A stretch of DNA of 63,925 nt, filler included, from Acetivibrio sp. (GTDB taxonomy: Bacteria > Bacillota > Clostridia > Acetivibrionales > Acetivibrionaceae), in NCBI RefSeq assembly GCF_035371925.1. It is 3 parts of 3 records of this genome, joined end to end, with 100 filler letters (N's around TTAATTAATTAA, not from the genome) between each part and the next. Parts side by side here need not be neighbours in the genome. Positions count along the whole stretch, not along the records: positions 1 to 23,842 come from NZ_DAORXT010000042.1; 2 more parts are not named here. One strand, given 5' to 3'. The notes under the pieces are model-generated. The model saw only the letters and a program-made list of their open reading frames with translations. It ran no database searches and was not told where the DNA came from. A program made the translations under genes and the position numbers. Shown in pieces: positions 1 through 8,892 of this stretch (position 1 is the stretch's first letter; each line of letters starts with the position of its first letter).

Positions 1-2
1 TG

Positions 3-1013
3 TATGACCCTGTGACAGGCCAATATTACTTGAGGGCAAGGTACTATAACCCAAGCATAGGAAGGTTTATGCAGGAAGACACCTTCAGAGGCGACGGACT
101 TAACTTATATACCTATGTTGCAAACAACCCTATAAAGTACATTGACCCAACCGGACACTGTAAAGAGGGCGTTGACTTTAATGGTGTAGTTAGCAATGTC
201 TTAGGTGGCAATTTGGATGGTATTATCAAAAAAATACCGGGGTTAAATTGGATTTTAGACTATTTTAATAATCAAGAAATAGAGGAAATTGGCAATATTG
301 AAGCGGAATTTTTATCAGATGAATATTTTGATGAGTTAGATACTTTATATAGAAAGGTTAAAGAAGAGAATAGTAAGTGGTGGGATATATTTGGCAATGC
401 AAAAAAAGTTGCGGCAGAAGCAGTAATAAATCGAATGATGGATGATTTGGAGGCAAATCCTGATGCTTTATTAGATAATCCAAACTATAATCGATTCTTT
501 GATACCTTTGACCAAAATATCAGGCAGTTAGATAGCATTACAGAGCGGATGCATTACTTTAGAAATACATTGAATTCTTATAGCGGAGCGCCTACTGACT
601 TGGATGATATGATAGACATGGCTGCCAGCGGAGAATGGAAATTGTTTTCAACGATAGGAACGGCATACCATAGATATGATTATGGTGATATTGATGGGGC
701 TTTAAACGTTAAGTTTGTATCTGCAGATGGAAGATTTGAAGCTGTTTATAATACAGGTACCGGTAAGATAGTTACAGACCCTGCCAATATGGGTACTTAT
801 AACTATGTTCCGGGCTCGATAGCTGAATTCTTTAAGCATGATAAATATGATGTGAAACCTTTTGAAAAGTGGGGGAATACTCCAGAGCTTTCATATGAAG
901 ATATCATGAATCTGCAATCGGGACATATGACTATAGAAGCACAAGTAAATTATTTTGCTGTAAAATATTTAATAGAAATTAGAAAAACAGAATTGGAAAC
1001 GAAAGGGAAATAA
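3..1013 (+). CDS. Rhs repeat-associated core protein, 3' part (5'-truncated by window), with C-terminal putative toxin domain
   Basis: Frame open from base 3: YDPVTGQYYLRARYYNPSIGRFMQED...NLYTYVANNPIKYIDPTGH is the Rhs core ending in the PxxxxDPxG cleavage motif; about 285 aa of variable C-terminus follow. Confidence 0.93.
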   Translation, partial: YDPVTGQYYLRARYYNPSIGRFMQEDTFRGDGLNLYTYVANNPIKYIDPTGHCKEGVDFNGVVSNVLGGNLDGIIKKIPGLNWILDYFNNQEIEEIGNIEAEFLSDEYFDELDTLYRKVKEENSKWWDIFGNAKKVAAEAVINRMMDDLEANPDALLDNPNYNRFFDTFDQNIRQLDSITERMHYFRNTLNSYSGAPTDLDDMIDMAASGEWKLFSTIGTAYHRYDYGDIDGALNVKFVSADGRFEAVYNTGTGKIVTDPANMGTYNYVPGSIAEFFKHDKYDVKPFEKWGNTPELSYEDIMNLQSGHMTIEAQVNYFAVKYLIEIRKTELETKGK

Positions 1014-1027
1014 GAAAGGAGATTTGT

Positions 1028-1342
1028 ATGGATATACGAAATATGTTAATTAAATTCAAGGTATATTACATAGTAGTGTTTTTTACTGCACTTTATTGGA
1101 TTTTTGCACTGTCTGCAGTATTCTTTCCGAGCATTTTTATGCATGGGGGTATTCTGAGATCTATTCATGCAAAATTAATAATGGCTGCAATTATTATTAA
1201 TATAATAAACTTAATACTCTTAGTAGTCATGATATGTTTAAAATCATGGAATTTAAAACATTTGCTGATTCTATTAGGTATAAATATTTTGACTGCTATT
1301 GTAGGGATATTTTTTATAAGTTTTCCTATCAGGATGATGTAA
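1028..1342 (+). CDS. Small membrane protein (about 3 TM), candidate immunity protein for the Rhs C-terminal domain
   Basis: Starts 14 bp after the Rhs stop with SD AAGGAG; three hydrophobic segments. The immunity role is inferred from position only. Confidence 0.65.
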   Translation: MDIRNMLIKFKVYYIVVFFTALYWIFALSAVFFPSIFMHGGILRSIHAKLIMAAIIINIINLILLVVMICLKSWNLKHLLILLGINILTAIVGIFFISFPIRMM

Positions 1343-1344
1343 TG

Positions 1345-1608
1345 AATTGAGTGTATGTATTTATCCGGGACTACAAGACAAAGAAATTTTACTTTATGTA
1401 AAGGGAAAATGGAGGAATTATATGACTATTATAAAAAAATACAAATGGATTATGTGAGTGTTTCTATTATTCTTGTTGTGAAAATCTTAAAAAATCAAAC
1501 GGGAAGTATGTTCTTGTTGAAGGTATTTTTAATAGTAAGGAAAAAGGACATTTTGATAGGTATTCAGGAACAATCGATAACATTACAAGATATGAGATTT
1601 GGAAGTAA
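1345..1608 (+). pseudogene. Frameshifted remnant of an orphan cassette gene
   Basis: Frame 1441-1608 reads TNGLCECFYYSCCENLKKSNGKYVLVEGIFNSKEKGHFDRYSGTIDNITRYEIWK*, which is protein-like and has no start; the upstream part (ELSVCIYPGLQDKEILLYVKGKW) is in a different frame. Confidence 0.4.
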
Positions 1609-1887
1609 CTCAAATTACTATATTAAAGTATCTTTTCGATAGAGCTGGCAAAGCTATACAAAATATTGCATATAATTATGGTTCTTCTATTGCCGAGGAA
1701 AAAAGGTTGGATTGCAGGTTATACAGGCTATGAATATAAAGGTTTGAATCTATTTAAGTAGGTGGCTAAATAGATGAATAAGAAATTGCTTTTGCTTTGC
1801 TTATAATAAACATGCTATGTTTTATAACTCTAACAGGCTGTGGGATAATTTCAAGAAAAATCATTCCAAAAGCGAGGTGGAGAGGCC

Positions 1888-2277
1888 TTGAAAATCAAAA
1901 CTGTATCAATTTTTGTGATTCTAATTACATTAAGCGTTAGTATAAGTATAATATATTATTTTAAAAGCGCAGGAAAAAATATTAACGCAGATATCTCAAC
2001 ATTAAATAAATTAAGCGCAAAGGAACTAATAAAGTTATCCAATTCTTATGTTGATGAATATTAGGGTAAGCGAACTTATTACGTAGGAAAAATCAATATG
2101 ACACTAGACGAAAATCTTGAAGGAAAAGTTGAGATATGGTATAAAGACGATAATAAGGATCAAAACGGTGTGCCGAACATAATTACAGTAGAGATTGATA
2201 CTAAAAAGAATAAAAAATTGATGCATATACGGGGGAGATTTACAGAAGTGAGGTTAAGTAAAGAGAAATCTAACTAA
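1888..2277 (+). pseudogene. Membrane-anchored secreted-type protein interrupted by one in-frame TAG (2062-2064)
   Basis: SD GAGGTGGAG then TTG at 1888; N-terminal TM (VSIFVILITLSVSISIIYYF); the frame stays open past the TAG (GKRTYYVGKINMTLDENLEGKVEIWYKDD...) to TAA at 2275-2277. Confidence 0.6.
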
Positions 2278-2405
2278 GAAAGTAGATAATATTCCCCCAA
2301 GTTAAATATGACACTACTTTTAGTAAAAAGGATGAATATGGGTATTGGAAAAATCAATAGCATCCGCGATAAGAAAATTCACTTTATGCCAAGGGGAAAT
2401 CGAGA

Positions 2406-2885
2406 GTGAGTATAAACAGAAAAGTGTTTTTGCTAATACTGTTTAGCATAATTGTTTTAGCTGCAGGTATAGCATTTGCAGTTAGTAGTTTAAGTAAAGA
2501 TTATAGACAAGAGGAAGTAATAAGAAGTGACAAGGACCCAATTACCAATAGATTTCCGAATATCGGTGACTTTGAAAAATGTTATTGGAAGGGCGGTATA
2601 ATGGGTTCGGGCAGTAGATGGGTTCCCGGACCTTCCGATTACTGGATGAAAGGATTTATAGAGATTGATGCAGATAAGGTTAAATATTTTATAGAAAAAT
2701 ATGATATGAAAGAGTTAGATGAGAACTTACAACTTTCTTTCGTACCTGAAAACTATAACAACACAATATCGAAATGGTTTTATAGCAAAGAGTTTAATGA
2801 CTTCGTAAAGCCGTCAAGCATTTTGGGGAATTTTTATATTGATAGCGTAAATAATATGATTTATTTTGAAGTAGTGATAAGTTGA
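2406..2885 (+). CDS. Hypothetical protein with N-terminal signal/TM anchor (orphan immunity-like)
   Basis: 159-aa ORF with hydrophobic N-terminus, located in the Rhs downstream array. Confidence 0.75.
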   Translation: MSINRKVFLLILFSIIVLAAGIAFAVSSLSKDYRQEEVIRSDKDPITNRFPNIGDFEKCYWKGGIMGSGSRWVPGPSDYWMKGFIEIDADKVKYFIEKYDMKELDENLQLSFVPENYNNTISKWFYSKEFNDFVKPSSILGNFYIDSVNNMIYFEVVIS

Positions 2886-3070
2886 CGCTTTTATCTAAGG
2901 ATATTAACTAAGAATACTTGCAGCAAAAAATACATCGGATCACATTTGTAATAGTAAATATTTAGTCCCAAGAAAAATATGGAGAGGGGTGCTGAATAAT
3001 TCTATGAGCTCTAGAAATTATATCTCTGCTAGTCATCTTCTTCATTATTTGCTCGGTAGGAGCACTTTGC

Positions 3071-3463
3071 TTGAGAAAAGAAAAATTGGCCAGTAAAAAA
3101 ACATGGAGCATAATCGATTCTTTTACAAACAAGGATATCGAGTACATGGATGACAGCCTTGAAGCTGATACAATAATTCAATACCGGGAATATCACGATA
3201 CGTATGATAATTTGAGGCAAAATGTAGTTAAAGCATTTGAAGATAATTATTATACGATGTCAAAAGATGATATGTATATTGACACGAAGTTGGATAAGAT
3301 CGGCGAAATAGACACAATTAGATTGATCGGGTGGCGTGAATTTGACGGTGAAAGTATTGAATTTAACATTACGGTTGAATATATTGCTAATTGGAATGGC
3401 ACTAAAGTAACAAAAATATCGTCTGATGATGAATTGTTTGGAAAGATATTCTTTGACAAATGA
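3071..3463 (+). CDS. Hypothetical acidic protein, N-terminus probably damaged (orphan immunity-like)
   Basis: 130-aa ORF; the in-frame upstream codons encode a TM segment (ALEIISLLVIFFIICSVGALC) that is cut off by a TGA. Confidence 0.6.
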   Translation: MRKEKLASKKTWSIIDSFTNKDIEYMDDSLEADTIIQYREYHDTYDNLRQNVVKAFEDNYYTMSKDDMYIDTKLDKIGEIDTIRLIGWREFDGESIEFNITVEYIANWNGTKVTKISSDDELFGKIFFDK

Positions 3464-3585
3464 CTATACACAATCAGGCTCTATTCAAATGTATGTCATA
3501 TCAGAAAGAAGAGAAATAATTCAATGAAATATTAACAATATAAACTATAATAAACAACCGATATCTGGAATAGTCCTTAACAAAA

Positions 3586-3605
3586 ATAGTTCTATATGGT
3601 ACTAT
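3586..3605. promoter_or_regulatory. Imperfect palindrome, candidate MarR operator
   Basis: ATAGTTCTATATGGTACTAT (16/20 self-complementary) just upstream of the MarR gene. Confidence 0.4.
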
Positions 3606-3628
3606 TCTATATAGAGAGGTGATATTCT

Positions 3629-4069
3629 ATTAAAACCAATGGAGGATTTTTGATTTCCCAAATCAAACAGGTGCAAGGGCGTATATTCGAAAAACTGCTT
3701 ATTAAAGCCGGCATAGAAGAATTCAATGGCCCGCAAGGGCGGATACTGTACGTCCTGTGGCAGGAGGACAACTTGCCTATTGTTGAATTGTCAAAACGTA
3801 CAGGACTTGCCAAGACCACTTTGACAAGTATGCTTGACCGGCTTGAAAATAGCGGATTTCTGACCCGTGTGTTTGACAAATCCGACAGACGGCGGGTACG
3901 CATTGCTATTACCGATATGGCACGTTCTATGAGGGACAAATACAATCAAGTTTCCGACGATATGAATAAAATCTTTTACAAGGGCTTTTCAGAAGATGAG
4001 ATTCTTCAATTTGAAAGCTACTTGGAAAAAATACTTGATAACCTGTATAAGGAGGAGAACAATAAATGA
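3629..4069 (+). CDS. MarR family transcriptional regulator (probable ATT start at 3629; ORF track start is 3650)
   Basis: wHTH pattern LSKRTGLAKTTLTSMLDRLE...DRRRVRI; SD GAGGTGA at 3616-3622. Confidence 0.9.
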   Translation: MKTNGGFLISQIKQVQGRIFEKLLIKAGIEEFNGPQGRILYVLWQEDNLPIVELSKRTGLAKTTLTSMLDRLENSGFLTRVFDKSDRRRVRIAITDMARSMRDKYNQVSDDMNKIFYKGFSEDEILQFESYLEKILDNLYKEENNK

Positions 4070-4506
4070 CAAACGAATTGAAAAAAGAAGCGTACGAGCT
4101 GGTACAAAACGCAAAAATTGCATATGTGTCGTCTGTCAACAGTGATGGGTTTCCCACCATAAAAGCCATGCTTGCACTTCACCATGACGGCATGACAACT
4201 CACTATTTCTCCACCCATCTGACATCAAGGAGAGCCGCTCAATTTAAGCAAAACCCGAAGGCAAGCATATATTTCTGTGATGATGTGGAGTTTAAGGGAC
4301 TAATGCTAACGGGCACTGTAGAAGTTTGCACAGACAGATATCACAAAGAATTATTGTGGCGTGAAGGATTCGAAATGTATTATCCAAAAGGCGTGGAAGA
4401 CGATAATTATTGTGTCTTGAAATTTACTGCAGAGTATGGCAATTACTATCACAAGCTTGTAAATCATTCTTTTGGAATGGAGGAATTTAACGATGTTGAA
4501 GCCTGA
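4066..4506 (+). CDS. Pyridoxamine 5'-phosphate oxidase-like FMN-binding protein (general stress protein 26 type)
   Basis: SSVNSDGFP...FST...NPKASIYF...GLMLTG...YYPKGVEDDNYCVLKF split-barrel pattern; 4-bp overlap with the MarR stop. Confidence 0.85.
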   Translation: MTNELKKEAYELVQNAKIAYVSSVNSDGFPTIKAMLALHHDGMTTHYFSTHLTSRRAAQFKQNPKASIYFCDDVEFKGLMLTGTVEVCTDRYHKELLWREGFEMYYPKGVEDDNYCVLKFTAEYGNYYHKLVNHSFGMEEFNDVEA

Positions 4507-5047
4507 AAACAATACTCCTTGTTTTTTCACCCAGCAGGTTTTTCTGATAGGAACATATGATGAGGACGGTACCGAACGATTTGCGCCTATTTCTTGGATA
4601 AGCTATACAAACGGGGCTCCGGCCTGCCTTATAATAAGCATTAACGGTACAAAGAGGACCAAAAAGAATATCGAACGGACGGGAATGCTTTCTGCAACAG
4701 TGGTTACACCGGAACTGCTTCTTTTTGCCGAAAGCAGAAACAGTGCGACTGCAGATGAAAACAACATCGTTACTGTCCCGACGGTTAGAGGTAATGTCTT
4801 GGACGTCCCGCTTATTGCTGACTCTGTTTTCAGTTATGAGTGCCAGCTACTAAAAACGGTTGAATTGGGAATGACGCATACATATTTTGCTGAAATAAAA
4901 AAGGTAAATGTCCGTGAAGATATTGCAAATCTTGACTTTTATGACCTTAGGGTTATAAACCCTGTGATATACTCACCGAACCATTATTTTACCGTAGGCA
5001 GCCACATTGGCAGAATCGGGGATTATACCAAAAAGAGAAACTGGTGA
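4493..5047 (+). CDS. Flavin reductase-like family protein
   Basis: VFLIGTYDEDG...APISW...INGTKRT...VPLI...SYECQL...HTYFAEI...PVIY; ATG 4493 has SD GGAGG. Confidence 0.85.
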   Translation: MLKPENNTPCFFTQQVFLIGTYDEDGTERFAPISWISYTNGAPACLIISINGTKRTKKNIERTGMLSATVVTPELLLFAESRNSATADENNIVTVPTVRGNVLDVPLIADSVFSYECQLLKTVELGMTHTYFAEIKKVNVREDIANLDFYDLRVINPVIYSPNHYFTVGSHIGRIGDYTKKRNW

Positions 5048-5073
5048 AAATCGATGGACATGGAGGACAGAAC

Positions 5074-5688
5074 ATGAGCAAATTTTCAGAATACATAGGT
5101 TCACAGTTTGGAAATCCCAGAGGAATTGTCGGCAAATGCTGTTGTATCATTATGAATGTGATAAACAAAGCAATGTATCGCAGGGTTGTTTTGCTGGTGA
5201 ATTTGACAAAAGAGTCAAACCTACTTGATATCGGGTATGGAAATGGCTATTTGCTGGAGTTGATTTACAAACGTTATCAGCCCAATCTATTTGGCATAGA
5301 TATTTCCCAAGATATGAAATTGAGTGCGGAAAAAAGAAATGCCCGGGCCTTAAAGGACGGAAAATTAAATCTCATACTGGGAGATTGCTGTGCACTGCCC
5401 TATGACGAGAATTTTTTTGATGCTGTCACATCCATAAACACAATCTATTTTTGGAAAGATACCATGGAAGGGCTAAAACAGATACACCGCTGCTTAAAGC
5501 CCGACGGAACATTCTACAATGTGGTTTATGCAAAGGAATGGCTAAAAAAACTTTCTTATACGAAGAAAGGCTATAAATTTTTCGAACAGGAAGATTTTAT
5601 TGAGCAAGGTAAGCAAGCCGGATTTTCAAAAGTGACAATCGAGAATATCGTAAAAGGAAAAAGCTTTGTTGTGGTATACAAAAAATAA
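5074..5688 (+). CDS. Class I SAM-dependent methyltransferase
   Basis: Motif I LLDIGYGNG, GIDIS, GDCCALPY, FDAVTSINTIYFW; SD GGAGG before ATG 5074. Confidence 0.9.
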   Translation: MSKFSEYIGSQFGNPRGIVGKCCCIIMNVINKAMYRRVVLLVNLTKESNLLDIGYGNGYLLELIYKRYQPNLFGIDISQDMKLSAEKRNARALKDGKLNLILGDCCALPYDENFFDAVTSINTIYFWKDTMEGLKQIHRCLKPDGTFYNVVYAKEWLKKLSYTKKGYKFFEQEDFIEQGKQAGFSKVTIENIVKGKSFVVVYKK

Positions 5689-5849
5689 CCGCAAAAATCC
5701 TATTTTTCATGATTTTTGAGAAATGATAAACCTAAAAATGCTTTCCCATTTGCATTAAATGTGTTATTATATAGGCTGTGTTTGCTTTTAGAGCAAATAA
5801 ACTGTATACAAAATACAAAAAATTAGGGAATAGTAAGAGAGGTTTATCT

Positions 5850-6626
5850 ATGAATGTTCACTCTGGACCAAAAGCTTTAACGGAGTATATATTGTATTTG
5901 AGCAAGCATAAGGCCAATAAGCGGTTTATTATCTTGCTTGTACAGGGTTTCCTTGCCGGATTGTATATTGCCATTGGTGCAATAGGAAGCCTTAAGGTTT
6001 CGGCAAGTGTTACAACTCCGGGGTTAGGCAATTTCTTGGGAGCAGTGGTTTTCCCTGTAGGAATCATTGCTATTATCTTAATGCAGGCTGAGCTGTTTAC
6101 CAGCGACTGCATGGTTATGGTTGCAGTCTATGCAGGCCGTACTAAAATCAATAAGACTATCAGGATTTTATTTTTGATTGTATTTGCCAATCTGCTTGGA
6201 GCAATTTTTGCAGCATTTCTAACCCGAACCTCGGGAATTTTTGACGAGGCGGCAGCTAATCTGGTAATTGCTAAAGCGCTTCATAAAGCACATATGCCGA
6301 TAGGCCAGTTATTTGCAAGTTCCATTCTGTGTAATATCATCGTTTGCACCGGTGTATGCTTGGCTTACAGCTGCAAAGAAGAAATAACAAAGATTGTTGT
6401 TTTGTGGCTTACGATTACTGTATTTATATTAAGCGGAACAGAGCACATTGTAGCTAATATGTATTACTTGTTTGCAGCATTATTTCATGGCGCAGAACTT
6501 ACGGCAAAAGATATTGCCTATCATTTAGCGGTATCGGGTGTTGGCAATTTTATCGGCGGCGGCATTATAGTATCGGGTATTAATTATTTATTGGCTTACA
6601 GGGATATAGAAAAAGTAAAAAATTAA
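5850..6626 (+). CDS. Formate/nitrite transporter (FNT) family channel
   Basis: LAGLYIAIG, FPVGII, ELFTSDC, ANLLGA, ILCNIIVC, GTEHIVANM and GNFIGG motifs; polytopic. Confidence 0.92.
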   Translation: MNVHSGPKALTEYILYLSKHKANKRFIILLVQGFLAGLYIAIGAIGSLKVSASVTTPGLGNFLGAVVFPVGIIAIILMQAELFTSDCMVMVAVYAGRTKINKTIRILFLIVFANLLGAIFAAFLTRTSGIFDEAAANLVIAKALHKAHMPIGQLFASSILCNIIVCTGVCLAYSCKEEITKIVVLWLTITVFILSGTEHIVANMYYLFAALFHGAELTAKDIAYHLAVSGVGNFIGGGIIVSGINYLLAYRDIEKVKN

Positions 6627-6715
6627 AACAGGTGTCAGCTCGAGACCACTAAAAGTATCTTTCTTGAAGCTGCCCTTGGTAAGACGTAACAGATTTAAAT
6701 TATGGATGATCAATT

Positions 6716-6767
6716 AAAATCCTCTTTGGTAAGAATCAGAGATTATCAAACCAAGGAGGTTTTTTTA
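6716..6767 (+). terminator. Probable intrinsic terminator after the FNT gene
   Basis: CCTCTTTGGT ... ACCAAGGAGG stem followed by a T7 tract. Confidence 0.55.
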
Positions 6768-7037
6768 TGTCGACATTAATGTACTTAATTGAAAAATATT
6801 CTATTTTTACTTGAATCATTACAACAAGAAAGATGATGGGCTAGTATATTCGATAACAGATTTCCGGTGAAACGGACGGACACATCGAATAGATTTCTTA
6901 CAGACTGCCGGCTTGAATATCCCAATGAAAGCTCGAAAACACTGATATATTTGGTAGAGGAAATTCCCGTAGCAATCCACGAAAGGTCAACATAAACTAA
7001 TATTAGAAGTTAACCTTTTTATTTGGAGGCATAAACC

Positions 7038-7961
7038 ATGCTTTCGAGCATTGAATTTATAAAACAGTCTTTAGGTTTACATCTGTTCTTTGCAAGGATT
7101 ATGAAAGAACACTCATTTTTCCTTGAAGTGGGGTTTGCACCGAAAGACTCGAGCTTTATTCAACAGGCAGATGCTTTTCGCAGGGAATTTGACGGAATTT
7201 TAGGAGAAACCGTTTCTCTATCAAACGGTGTTGTTAATCCGGAGATACTTCAATCAGGAGAGGTCATAACACCTTTTACTTTGAAAGCAGAAACGGCAAC
7301 CGTATATTTTACAGGAGTACGTATACCAACTCAACTGACGCAGGCGGAAGCAGGACTGGCGGGCGGTGGTATAATAACAGCAAACCCTGTGCTTGAACGA
7401 TGTGTATCAGTGCTTAATCAAAGGGCAATAAATGCGACTGCTGCGTTAATACGGTTTAAAAAGGATATCTTATCTAATGTTTTAAACTGCAAGATGTTTA
7501 CATTTAACTATCCTTTACTGATTTTACACATAACCCGTGAGGCGGAATTATACCTTCTGCAGCTTCGGAGACTTCAAAGAAGAGAAAAGGTAGACTTGGC
7601 GAAAGAAGCTTATGGATTGGAATTTTTCTGGAACAGGCAAATGGCAGAGCATGCCAAGTTTATCCGAGGTTTGCTTGACCCTACAGAAAGCAATTTGATT
7701 AATCAAGCTAATGATTTCGGAAATGAGTTTGATCAATTGACAGCTGAAGCAAAGGCGGCAATGGATGCGACTATTCCACCGGCAAAAGTTACTGAAGAGA
7801 GCTTAAAAGCAACCGAGGATTTCCGAAACTTCAAAGCCCAAGGCACGCAAGGTCTGCTTGAATGTAAAATAAAATCAATTATCATACCGCTTCTGGGTGA
7901 TCACGTTCTGAGAGAAGCAAACCATTATTTGCGATTGCTTAAAATATTTGAAGGAAGATAG
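7038..7961 (+). CDS. DUF2935 domain-containing protein
   Basis: Two repeats of the FF/FW-x-R-x-M-x-EH pattern (FFARIMKEH, FWNRQMAEH), plus HITREA and HVLREANHY. Confidence 0.88.
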   Translation: MLSSIEFIKQSLGLHLFFARIMKEHSFFLEVGFAPKDSSFIQQADAFRREFDGILGETVSLSNGVVNPEILQSGEVITPFTLKAETATVYFTGVRIPTQLTQAEAGLAGGGIITANPVLERCVSVLNQRAINATAALIRFKKDILSNVLNCKMFTFNYPLLILHITREAELYLLQLRRLQRREKVDLAKEAYGLEFFWNRQMAEHAKFIRGLLDPTESNLINQANDFGNEFDQLTAEAKAAMDATIPPAKVTEESLKATEDFRNFKAQGTQGLLECKIKSIIIPLLGDHVLREANHYLRLLKIFEGR

Positions 7962-8019
7962 TAAAGGTATTTGGTATGAAGTCTATGCCTTGTATTAGGG
8001 AAAGCCAAAATGTTTTCAG

Positions 8020-8057
8020 TGGTGTTATATATCTTTAGCAATATAACACCATTTTGA
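8020..8057 (+). terminator. Inverted repeat / probable terminator after the DUF2935 gene
   Basis: TGGTGTTATAT-N10-ATATAACACCA followed by T-rich sequence. Confidence 0.5.
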
Positions 8058-8284
8058 TTTTCAACCTTCAGTGAGATTTTCCCGTTTTTCGAAGAATACT
8101 TTAAGGCATTATCTGTCAGAATTCTTGCTAACTATATACGGATTTTTCATTCCCATTCAGGCAAAGCATGGGCTAAATCAAACAGACAAATTAAACTAAT
8201 ATGATGCAAATTAGGGCACGATGAAAGGTTGTGTTCCTGTTTTTATTTTATAACGACTTTCTAGTTTAAGAAAAATTTAAAAGC

Positions 8285-8314
8285 TAAAACTTTTTATAAG
8301 TACCCATACGTCTA
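8285..8314 (+). promoter_or_regulatory. Candidate ECF (SigV-type) autoregulatory promoter
   Basis: TAAAAC, T-tract, 18-nt spacer, CGTCTA; resembles TGAAAC...CGTC ECF promoters but the spacer is long. Confidence 0.4.
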
Positions 8315-8376
8315 TAAAGTGTACAGCAGTTAGATACGTATACGTATTTAAAACCAAAGAAGGGATGACAACTTAG

Positions 8377-8892
8377 GTGTTATCGAAGAATGATTACTTG
8401 GAAGAACGAATAACCGAATATGTCGTCAATCAAAAGGAAAGTTTTTACAGATTGGCATACAGCTATGTGAAAAATGCAGAGGATGCACTAGACATTGTCC
8501 AGGAATCTGTGTGCAAGGCAATTTCATCTATGGACTCGCTAAAAAATCCGGATTATATCAAAACATGGTTTTACAAAATAGTAGTTAATACATCACTGGA
8601 CTTTATTCGCAAGCAAAGGAAGAGTGTTGCTGTTGGTGAAGAGGTTTTGTCAAGCTTTGACTTTGGGGCGGTTGACAATTATGAAGACTTCGACTTGCAA
8701 GAGGCATTGGACAACTTGCCGGCCAAGTATCGTACCATAGTTATATTAAGGTTCTTTGAAGATTTGAAAATAGACGAAATTGCAGAAATTCTCAACGAGA
8801 ATGTTAATACAGTGAAAACCCGGTTATACAAGTCCCTTGAAATACTGCGTATAAAGTTAAGTGATTGCGAGGAGGTTTGGAATGAAGGATAA
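8377..8892 (+). CDS. sigV: ECF RNA polymerase sigma factor, SigV-like
   Basis: Region 2 (AYSYVKNAEDALDIVQE, WFYKIVVN) and region 4 (LRFFEDLKIDEIA...VKTRLYK); coupled to an RsiV-like gene. Confidence 0.85.
   Translation: MLSKNDYLEERITEYVVNQKESFYRLAYSYVKNAEDALDIVQESVCKAISSMDSLKNPDYIKTWFYKIVVNTSLDFIRKQRKSVAVGEEVLSSFDFGAVDNYEDFDLQEALDNLPAKYRTIVILRFFEDLKIDEIAEILNENVNTVKTRLYKSLEILRIKLSDCEEVWNEG

Noticed and set aside
1355..1642. Track ORF of 95 aa
   Set aside because: No SD and a non-protein-like composition; the protein-like text lies in the other two frames (reported as a pseudogene).
6768..7005. Possible leader RNA or small ORFs before the DUF2935 gene
   Set aside because: All frames are interrupted, and no riboswitch or T-box motif was recognised.
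8160..8178. GGCAAAGCATGGGCTAAA resembles part of the c-di-GMP-I riboswitch
   Set aside because: The upstream GGCAAAC..GAAA..GGGAC stem is missing and P1 cannot be formed.
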